DNA of 64,000 nucleotides from the NCBI GenBank assembly GCA_964607755.1, contig CAZSMC010000006.1, positions 19,955 to 83,954 of the forward strand, written 5' to 3'. Position 1 is the stretch's first letter. Each line of letters starts with the position of its first letter. Origin of the DNA: an uncultured Cytophagia bacterium. GTDB taxonomy: Bacteria > Zhuqueibacterota > Zhuqueibacteria > Residuimicrobiales > Krinioviventaceae. The notes beneath the pieces are model-generated. The model worked only from the letters and a program-made list of their open reading frames with translations. It was not told the DNA's origin and ran no database searches. The position numbers and the translations under genes were made by a program. Of the stretch, positions 25,318-33,582 are shown one piece after another.

Positions 25318-28185
25318 TTAGTTAATGACCATCATTTTTCGCGTTTTGGAAAAGTGACGGTCAACTGTTAAAGTATAAAAGTAAATACCTGAGGTCAACT
25401 CGTGGGCATCAAAATTGACCCGGTACTCATTGGCTTGCTGAACCTCGTTGACGAGCGTTTTAACGTGCTTGCCAAGGACGTCGTAAACCTTTAACGTCAC
25501 ATGCCCGGCTTTTGGTATGTGATAGGTGATGGTGGTTTGAGCATTGAACGGATTCGGATGATTCTGCAAAAGTGAGTAATCTGAAATAACGCTTTCATGC
25601 TCTTCTACCAAAACACCGGATGTGATACTGAACGACTGACTCTTGTCATTGACGTTGGCGTCTGCTAAACTCTTGATTAAAATCTGATAATTTGACCCCT
25701 CACTTAAACTCACGGGGATATCCCATGAATATCCCCCGGAGCTATAGGTGGTGTCAATTGTCATGTAAAATGAATCGTTTTTGTAAAGCTCGATAATAAC
25801 ATCACTTTTGATAATGTCATCCCAGGTGATGAAATGTTCGATTCCGCGCTGCCACTTTGTACCACTTTTTGGTAAAATGATGGAAATGTAAGGCGCTTCT
25901 GTCTTGAACGATTGCGACGGCGACCATGCACTCTCACCCACGCTGTTGAATGCCTTGACCCGCCAGTAATACGTCGAATTATTTTCCGCAGATTCAACAT
26001 TATAAACGGCAGGCGAGATAAATTCTTCATCGACAATCAAATTGGTAAATGCCTCATCCGAGGCAACCTGCAAATGATACGAATCAGCATAACCCACCGG
26101 ATTCCATTCCAGTCGGACCGGTTGTGTCTGATCCACAGACACTCCATCTCGCGGACTGACAAGCAGCGGCGGGAACGTTTGCGACTCGTAATCCGGATAA
26201 CCCAAAGCAAATTCACCAAATTTCGTCATTGTGGCTTCGACTTTGTTTGTTGCCGGATTGTAATTTGTCGGCAAAGGAATGAACAATCCTCGGCCTTCGA
26301 ATTCCCGATGATAAACCACGATTGAATCCGGATTTTCAAACGCGTAAAAATCGGCATCAAAAGAAATTTTTGCTTTTATATTCGATATGTTAAATTGAGA
26401 AACAACAATCCGTTCAGGACGAATAATGGGTGCTTTGCCCAGCCATTGCGGCGAAACAGGTGCATAATTGTAGCGTTTCACTCTGGCTTCGTTATAGCCA
26501 AACCCGCCCATTTCATTGAACTTGAGACTGACTCCGGTTTTCTGATCCGCCGTATCAAAAGTATATGTATTTCCCACCAGCAGCTCGAACAACATGACAT
26601 TGGCAGCCGGCGCCCCGCGTTCCCAGTTGAATCGAAACGCGCGATAACTGGCTGTCAGCGGTTTATCGAATTTTAATTCGAGAACCACGTTGCCATCAGG
26701 ATCGACTTCGCTGATAGCGGCTTTGCCGTACATTGCCCCCATGCCCCATCCAATTACAGTGTTGCCATTTGATAAGCGTTGAGCGCTTCCCATTGTAGGA
26801 GTAAAAATATCCGGGTCATGACGGAATTCCCAGACCTTTTCTGCGGTCATGGCTTTCTCATCTATTTCATACTCGACGGCCCTGGAATAGGGGCGATTAA
26901 AACCGTGATGCTGATCACCGCCATCGAACATGATGATATTGCCATTGGGCAAGCGGCGCACATCGTGCTGAAACATGAAATACAAGGGCGCAAATGGCTC
27001 GCCGGTATCATCGGTGATGTCAAACTGGTTGTTCTTACCACCCATCCGCCAAATAATGTCTCCTGTTTGACGGTTGACTTTTGTAATTTCCGCAAGAGCC
27101 AATGTGGAAACGAGGAGATGACTGTCATTGTCCAGTTCAATGGAATTGATATGGATGGCATCAAAAATCGGCTGCGTCAGATCGTTATAGGAATCCGTGA
27201 GTTTATAATGATCCCAGCTTCGCCATTGAAAAATAACATTTTTATCGACATCGAGTTCTTGAATAACAGAACCGGCCACCATAGCGCCGGGGTGACCGCC
27301 GTCCACGATTTTACTCATATCCACAGGCTGTAAATCGTAACACACCATCATAACATGACCGTTGGGTAGCATCTGAAATTCGTGAAAATCAGCAATATAA
27401 CCATTACCCATCTGATAATTATCAACCACACTATAAGTGCTGTCCATGATAAAAAATTCCGTGTCACCGCCGCCGCCAAACTGATAAAACTCGGAAATCA
27501 CGCCATAGCACAGCATGCCGTTAGGCAGCACTTTGAAATCAACCGGTGCCCCGGTGGTAATTTTGTTCCAATATTGAATGGACTCGTCGTTATTGATAAT
27601 GAGATTATAGCCGTTGCCTGTTACAAAATGAGTGGCAGAGAGAAAGAGCGAGCCTTTTGCTGTTTCGCCGGTTTTGGTGATAGAAAAATGCGGGAAACCG
27701 GTGGGCAAACTATCAGCCATGGTTTTCCCCAGTGGCATAGCAGGCTGATCCGGAACAAGCCAGCTACTCAGCTCTTTTTGGTATGTACTCGGATTCACAG
27801 GTTGTTCCAACGGTGTGACTTTGAATTGAAAAGAAAACGCCGGCACAGCGGTCCCGTCCTGGGTTCGGCATCCTTCCTTTAAAGAGATAGTGACCGTTTC
27901 GGACGGATCAAAACGCTGATCTGGTTTGAAAATGACTGTTTTTTCATCTGGTGAGAATACTATCGTTCCGGAATGTTCTCCGCTTTTTGAGCCAATCACA
28001 GAAAATTTTTCTTTATCAAAGGTGGATCGATCAATAATTTCACCCGGACGAATAATGATATTATTACTTCGCGGAACGAACCTCGCTCCATCGAGCGGAA
28101 AAATATATTCCACAGAAGATGGTTTTGCAGCAAAAAGAATGGTTGTTACTGCGAGAATACAAAGGATGAGAGTAAATTTTTTCAT
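25318..28185 (-). CDS. Divergent ASST-family T9SS cargo protein, paralogue D (SSRH changed to STLA; no CBM4/9; two FN3-like domains)
   Basis: Start at 'MKKFTLIL' (GAGGAG RBS 11 nt upstream), not the ORF-track ATG at 28203. 'IHINSIELDNDSHLLVSTLALAEITKVNRQTGDIIWRMGG', 'YSRAVEYEID'. C-terminus 'HPNPFNAQTTITYHIP'. Confidence 0.75.
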   Translation of the reverse strand: MKKFTLILCILAVTTILFAAKPSSVEYIFPLDGARFVPRSNNIIIRPGEIIDRSTFDKEKFSVIGSKSGEHSGTIVFSPDEKTVIFKPDQRFDPSETVTISLKEGCRTQDGTAVPAFSFQFKVTPLEQPVNPSTYQKELSSWLVPDQPAMPLGKTMADSLPTGFPHFSITKTGETAKGSLFLSATHFVTGNGYNLIINNDESIQYWNKITTGAPVDFKVLPNGMLCYGVISEFYQFGGGGDTEFFIMDSTYSVVDNYQMGNGYIADFHEFQMLPNGHVMMVCYDLQPVDMSKIVDGGHPGAMVAGSVIQELDVDKNVIFQWRSWDHYKLTDSYNDLTQPIFDAIHINSIELDNDSHLLVSTLALAEITKVNRQTGDIIWRMGGKNNQFDITDDTGEPFAPLYFMFQHDVRRLPNGNIIMFDGGDQHHGFNRPYSRAVEYEIDEKAMTAEKVWEFRHDPDIFTPTMGSAQRLSNGNTVIGWGMGAMYGKAAISEVDPDGNVVLELKFDKPLTASYRAFRFNWERGAPAANVMLFELLVGNTYTFDTADQKTGVSLKFNEMGGFGYNEARVKRYNYAPVSPQWLGKAPIIRPERIVVSQFNISNIKAKISFDADFYAFENPDSIVVYHREFEGRGLFIPLPTNYNPATNKVEATMTKFGEFALGYPDYESQTFPPLLVSPRDGVSVDQTQPVRLEWNPVGYADSYHLQVASDEAFTNLIVDEEFISPAVYNVESAENNSTYYWRVKAFNSVGESAWSPSQSFKTEAPYISIILPKSGTKWQRGIEHFITWDDIIKSDVIIELYKNDSFYMTIDTTYSSGGYSWDIPVSLSEGSNYQILIKSLADANVNDKSQSFSITSGVLVEEHESVISDYSLLQNHPNPFNAQTTITYHIPKAGHVTLKVYDVLGKHVKTLVNEVQQANEYRVNFDAHELTSGIYFYTLTVDRHFSKTRKMMVIN

Positions 28186-28302
28186 AGTTGTTTTTCTCCT
28201 CAATTCAAAAGTTCCTTTCTGTTCTATTTCCGTTTAGGTAATATGACCTCGCATTATTAGATTTGTAGCACACCTGAAAGGTGTACTACAAGCGTCTTGG
28301 CT

Positions 28303-30879
28303 TTATTTGAGCACTGTTAATTTTTGAATCTTGTCAAATGTGCGTGAACTGTTTGTCGATCTGGCTTGCATGCGATAAAAGTAAAGTCCTGAGCTTAAAT
28401 CAATACGACTTAACTGGATAGCATGCGAACCGGCATTAAATTCTGCATTTACCAGGTCGGCTATTTTTTTGCCCAAAAGATTGTAAATTGATATTTTAAC
28501 GTGACTCTTTTCAGGAACATCGAACGGAATCGTGGTTACCGGATTAAACGGATTGGGGTAATTGCGTTTCAACGCATATTTTCTTGGTGCTGAATCTTGT
28601 TTTTCAACCCTGGTATCGTTCATCATTTTTAAGGTAATATTATCGATATATACATCGGCATTATCGGTTCCGGTATTGATAACCACCCGACTGTTTGCAT
28701 CAGTTGGTTCTTCCATCAGGAATTCATATGAGTAATGTTTTTTGCGCCGCCCCAAAGCGGTCAAGCCGATTTTGCTATAATTGATCCACGGCCCATGATC
28801 CTGCGCCACCTTGATTTCTGCCACACGGGACGCATCTGCCCAGGCATCGAATTCAAATAGATATCTTTCGCCTTCAATAAGCGTGTAACCATTTTGGCGC
28901 AATTGAACTTCCCAAATATTATCTCCGCCCCGCTCAATGTCAAAATGACTGACACCGTCCTCAATTATCCATTCTGCCCGCGCACTACCGCGAACTTCCC
29001 ATGTCCAATTATTTTTATGCTGAGAAAAATCACCGTTAATCATCATGTTATCACCGGGCTCGACAAAATTGACCATAATATCTTTTTCTTCAGAAAAAGC
29101 GCTTTCGGTTCCATCCTTGTTGACCGCCGTGACACGGAAATAATAACGATGACCGTTTTCCAGGCCGGTGAGTTCTTTTAACGTTGCTTTTGACGTATCG
29201 ATAACTGTTGTGGGATGACGTTGGGTACCACCGTAGATATTATAATAGTCCACATCCGGATCGCCGAATTTGTTAAAGATCAGAGTTATATTGTTATATT
29301 TCGGTTCGACAAACAAATTCGGCTGCAGCGCCATGCCGTTCCATGGAAAACGAAACACCCGGTAGCTGTGATAACGCTGGACAAAATTCATCTCGTAAAC
29401 TTTTTCGCCGTCCGGTGTCACTTCAGTACTTTTGGGAAGTGAGCCGTCGGCCCAGTTTATATGCGTATTTCCATTTGGCAGCCGCTGGACATTGCCCATC
29501 CAGTGCGAGTACTTGTCCGGATTATCACGAAAACTCCATACCAGCTCGGCAGTCAAATTCTCGGTATCAATTTCATATTCCAGTGCACGCGAGACCGGAG
29601 GATCATGCTCGTTACCGTTATCAAAAACAGTGTAATGGTTATTACCGAGAGCGCGAACAGAGTGCTGGTTTTCGAATCCATGCAGCGGATCGTTGATGAA
29701 TTCAAAATCATTATTTTCGCCGCTCAATCTCCAAATAATCTCACCTGTCTCCCGGTCGATTTTTGTCGCCTCACTCAGATGCCGACTTGACAAAACGATA
29801 TTGCCGTCATCATCAATATCAATCGAATTCATGTGCGGAAAGCGGATATATCCGCTGGTCAAATCATTTTCACCCGGTACATAGGTATCGCGAATATCAA
29901 AATTATCCCAGGCACGCCACTCAAAAATCAATTCATGTTCCGGCGTAAATTCCTGGATGCAGCATTCACGAACTGTGGCATTTTTCTGGCCACCGTCCAC
30001 ATATTTGCTCATATCCACTGTTTCAGTCCGGCGACCGATAAGCAGATAATGCCCGTCTTCCAAAAGCTGCATGCCGTGTTCATCAGTAGCGTATCCATTA
30101 ACCGCGTGAAAAGAATCGACGACTGTGTAATTGTGATCTAATTCAATAAATCCTTCACCAAACGGATAACCAGTGCGCACCAGCATGGTTAGATTGCCAT
30201 TCTTCTGAACTTTGAAATCCCGGCGCCGGTCCGGAGTTTTCATGTACCAGATAGGCGAGCCGTCGCTTTCAAGAATCAGATTGTACGATTGTCCTCCCCA
30301 GTTATTAAGGAACAGATAGCCATCAGATGGATTCTCGTTGATAAAAACTTCGATGTGCGGAAAATCACTCGGCACAGACACGCCATTTGGCATAATCCTG
30401 GCTGTGCTTTGCAAATTCGTTTTTGACACAGATTTTTGCAGTGCGCAATGCTTTTCTTGTTCATCTTTTGTGAGCGCAATATCAGTGTAATTTTCACCCA
30501 CAGAAACAGTAAACTGGTAATTCAAATTTTTTACATGAACATTCTTGGCAGAGAACCGCGGCGACACAGTCACTGATACGCGTTCACCAGGAGCAAACGG
30601 CGTATCCGGTTCAAAAATAACGGTGTTACCATCTGAAGCAATTTTTGTGCGGCCCGTATATTCTCTATTTTCCTCATCCCTTACTTTAAGAAAAGAGGAT
30701 AAATTCGTAATGTGTGTTGGCGCAATTTCATCAAACCGCATAATAATGGTTGAATGCTTTGACACATGAACAGCATCAGGTTTGGGAAAAAGATATTGAT
30801 AACCCATATCTCGAAAAGAAGAAAATGAACAGCCGATTAAAAGAAAAAATACAAAAATGATTTTTTTTACATCAAACAT
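28303..30879 (-). CDS. ASST-family T9SS cargo protein, paralogue E
   Basis: 858 aa. 'FPHMNSIDIDDDGNIVLSSRHLSEATKI', 'VRECCIQEFT', CBM-like 'MINGDFSQHKNNWTWEVRGS...'. C-terminus 'YPNPFNPVTTIPFDVP'. Confidence 0.8.
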   Translation of the reverse strand: MFDVKKIIFVFFLLIGCSFSSFRDMGYQYLFPKPDAVHVSKHSTIIMRFDEIAPTHITNLSSFLKVRDEENREYTGRTKIASDGNTVIFEPDTPFAPGERVSVTVSPRFSAKNVHVKNLNYQFTVSVGENYTDIALTKDEQEKHCALQKSVSKTNLQSTARIMPNGVSVPSDFPHIEVFINENPSDGYLFLNNWGGQSYNLILESDGSPIWYMKTPDRRRDFKVQKNGNLTMLVRTGYPFGEGFIELDHNYTVVDSFHAVNGYATDEHGMQLLEDGHYLLIGRRTETVDMSKYVDGGQKNATVRECCIQEFTPEHELIFEWRAWDNFDIRDTYVPGENDLTSGYIRFPHMNSIDIDDDGNIVLSSRHLSEATKIDRETGEIIWRLSGENNDFEFINDPLHGFENQHSVRALGNNHYTVFDNGNEHDPPVSRALEYEIDTENLTAELVWSFRDNPDKYSHWMGNVQRLPNGNTHINWADGSLPKSTEVTPDGEKVYEMNFVQRYHSYRVFRFPWNGMALQPNLFVEPKYNNITLIFNKFGDPDVDYYNIYGGTQRHPTTVIDTSKATLKELTGLENGHRYYFRVTAVNKDGTESAFSEEKDIMVNFVEPGDNMMINGDFSQHKNNWTWEVRGSARAEWIIEDGVSHFDIERGGDNIWEVQLRQNGYTLIEGERYLFEFDAWADASRVAEIKVAQDHGPWINYSKIGLTALGRRKKHYSYEFLMEEPTDANSRVVINTGTDNADVYIDNITLKMMNDTRVEKQDSAPRKYALKRNYPNPFNPVTTIPFDVPEKSHVKISIYNLLGKKIADLVNAEFNAGSHAIQLSRIDLSSGLYFYRMQARSTNSSRTFDKIQKLTVLK

Positions 30880-31231
30880 AACGAAAATCCTGCGTTAAAT
30901 TTAATAATTATAACCCACAATGCAACAAACTGTTCCGAAGTTCCTTCGAGCATTGAATATTTTTTCAACTTTAATAAATGGATCACAACCCATTATTGAC
31001 CAAAAAGAATTAAAATATGAAAAGTTCAGAATATTGAAGAAAGAGGAAAGATAACAACGAGCAACATTTAAAATTTGTTGAACGTTGAAGAAAGGATTGG
31101 AATATAGACTTTTAATAAAACGCAAATAATGTCGTATGGAAAATCGCAAGCGCGCCGCTTTGTCCTTTCAGGAATTTGAATATATTATTTCGACAAACCA
31201 TAATATACTATTTTATTTTCAAAATTCAATA

Positions 31232-32596
31232 TTAAGGTTTTTGCCACGGCACTTTACCAACCTGTTGGATATGTGCACGCAGTTCTTTTTTCAACTTCTT
31301 AAACATCTCGTGATCTTGCGCCAGAGGATTTTGCTCAAAAGGATCAGAAGACAAGTCGTAAAGCCGGTAATCTTCAAAAGGAGTTTCCTGCACCAACTTC
31401 CAATTTTGGTGCCGTGCCGCATAATAATCCCGGCCGCCGTAGAACCAGCCTTCTCTTCGAACCCAGAATAACGTTCGTTCGTTGAGTTCTTGTTCTTTGC
31501 CCGTAAGCGTAGGCGCGATGCTCTTGCCCTCAATCGGATGGTCTATTTGCACACCCGCCACATCACAAAGCGTCGGGAACCAGTCCATGGTCATGCACAC
31601 CAGATTGCTCGTTGTGTTTGGCTCGATGTGTCCGTGCCACACAGCGCATGTCGGCACTTTTATGCCGCCTTCGTACATGCTTTGTTTGCCCGCACGCAAA
31701 TCGCCGTTATTGGCACCAACTTTTAATTGACCGCCATTGTCGGATGTAAAGATGATCAACGTGTTCTCGTACATTCCGTTTTCTTTTAGTGCTTCAATCA
31801 CTTTGCCAATGCCGTAGTCCATGTGTTCGATCAGTGCCACCAGTTTGGCGCGTTGCTCACTGATGTCCGGTTCGCGTTCACGCACCTTATTCAACCATTC
31901 GTCTGGTGGCTGAACAGGCACGTGCGGTGCATTATAAGCCAGGTACAGAAAGAACGGTTGCTCGGAATTCTGTTGTTCATTGAGATAGTCAACAGCCCAT
32001 TGAGTGAACAAATCCGTTGCATGACCTTCTGGCTCGATAACATCTTTATTCAAACGCATATAGTTTTTATCATGACGAAAGTGGGTGTAATAGTCGTCCA
32101 TCATGTCGCCGAGAAAACCGTGAAAGTGATCGAATCCACGCTCATTGGGAATGTTTGGCGAGTCCAGTCCCAAATGCCACTTGCCAATACAGGCGGTGCG
32201 GTATCCGGCCTGTTTCAACATGGCTGGCAAAAGCACAGCATCCGGTGACAAATAGCCGAAATTGCCACTCGAATAGGAACGAATTACACCGGGCACACCG
32301 ACAAGGTCGGGGTAGCGGCCTGTGAGCAGAGCTGCACGCGTGGGCGAGCACACCGGACAATTGGCGTAAAAATTGTTGAATTTCATGCCATTTACTATCA
32401 GAACATCGATATTCGGAGTGCGCATATCTTTTGCGCCATAACCTGACAAATCGCCGTAACCCAAATCATCAGCCAGGATAAAGAGAATGTTGGGCCGGGA
32501 GTTTTTGTTTGCCCGTGCTTTTTGTGAATATGGTAACGATACGGCTGCCAATCCTGCAGCCGCAGATCTGATGAAATGGCGTCGGGTAATGTTCAT
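31232..32596 (-). CDS. Arylsulfatase (formylglycine-dependent sulfatase), Tat-exported
   Basis: Twin-arginine signal 'MNITRRHFIRSAAAGLAAVS'. Sulfatase signature 'CPVCSPTRAALLTGR' (C-x-P-x-R). 'ILADDLGYGD'. Confidence 0.85.
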   Translation of the reverse strand: MNITRRHFIRSAAAGLAAVSLPYSQKARANKNSRPNILFILADDLGYGDLSGYGAKDMRTPNIDVLIVNGMKFNNFYANCPVCSPTRAALLTGRYPDLVGVPGVIRSYSSGNFGYLSPDAVLLPAMLKQAGYRTACIGKWHLGLDSPNIPNERGFDHFHGFLGDMMDDYYTHFRHDKNYMRLNKDVIEPEGHATDLFTQWAVDYLNEQQNSEQPFFLYLAYNAPHVPVQPPDEWLNKVREREPDISEQRAKLVALIEHMDYGIGKVIEALKENGMYENTLIIFTSDNGGQLKVGANNGDLRAGKQSMYEGGIKVPTCAVWHGHIEPNTTSNLVCMTMDWFPTLCDVAGVQIDHPIEGKSIAPTLTGKEQELNERTLFWVRREGWFYGGRDYYAARHQNWKLVQETPFEDYRLYDLSSDPFEQNPLAQDHEMFKKLKKELRAHIQQVGKVPWQKP

Positions 32597-32661
32597 AAAA
32601 ATTATCCTGTCATGTTTTTGAATTGGTAAAAGTCAAACAATCACTAAAATCATTTTTTGAT

Positions 32662-33150
32662 TCAGGGAAGAGGAAAATTTATTGCTGGATCCTCTATGAT
32701 AAATAGCCAGTCGTGTCCCCGACCACTGGTTGGCGGGGTATACGTTTGAATGCCGGCAGTATCGCCCGTATGCACCGGATAAAAAACACCATAGCGGGTG
32801 TCATACCATATTTCTTTTCTTTTTTCAGCTTTTATCCAGGATTTATCGATCAATGCCTTGTCGCCATAAGCATTGGGTTCATCCAGGCCATCGCGTTCAG
32901 CCAAAACCACAGCCTGGATGACAGTAAAACCCTTTTCAGCGCGATTCTCCAGATAAGTCACAGCCTCTTCCCGGTCTAGCCGGTGAAACAATTCCCAGGC
33001 TGTATCGCCGAGATAAAAAAACGATGTGCCGTCACTGAAAACCAGATAGCGGCCGTTTTCACTGACGGTGAGTTGTTTGGGAGAAGCAAAGGTTGAAAGT
33101 GAAAGAAATAAAAAAAAAGCAAGCAATACCGCAATACTTTTATTTCTCAT
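32662..33150 (-). pseudogene. N-terminal fragment of a GH140/DUF4038-family glycoside hydrolase (truncated)
   Basis: Signal peptide, then '[29 protein letters not shown]...', the characteristic DUF4038 start. Only 162 aa, against about 450 aa for the family. The sulfatase gene follows directly. Confidence 0.4.
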
Positions 33151-33213
33151 AATGGGAAACCTGATTGATTTTGAGATAAAAATTATTCATCAAAAGTAGA
33201 ATAGTACAATGAA

Positions 33214-33525
33214 TTAGTCCTCTATTGTAACACCATGTATCCACAATTCGTACTCGCTTAGATCAAGTTGGTCATTCCAAATAATTCCATATCCCCCTAC
33301 ATCGACATTCACACTTTTAAAAAACGCCGGTTCTCGTAAAAGATGAAAAAATGGTTTTTGCAAAATTGGCTTGCAATCATATTCTTTGACAACATTGTTG
33401 TCAAAAGTAACTGTCAACTTGTAATCATTCTTTGGTTGTACTGACTTTATTTTCGGGTAAAACTTGTGACTCATTAAAGTATTATAAAATTGATGCAGCT
33501 GAAATTTAATTTTCTTTGACATCAA
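33214..33525 (-). CDS. DUF2442-family small protein
   Basis: 103 aa. '...KPILQKPFFHLLREPAFFKSVNVDVGGYGIIWNDQLDLSEYELW' fits the DUF2442 pattern. Confidence 0.55.
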   Translation of the reverse strand: MMSKKIKFQLHQFYNTLMSHKFYPKIKSVQPKNDYKLTVTFDNNVVKEYDCKPILQKPFFHLLREPAFFKSVNVDVGGYGIIWNDQLDLSEYELWIHGVTIED

Positions 33526-33582
33526 TAAAATGTTGTTTTATCTTGTATGGAAAAATGGGCGGGGAAAATCCCGCCCACTATT

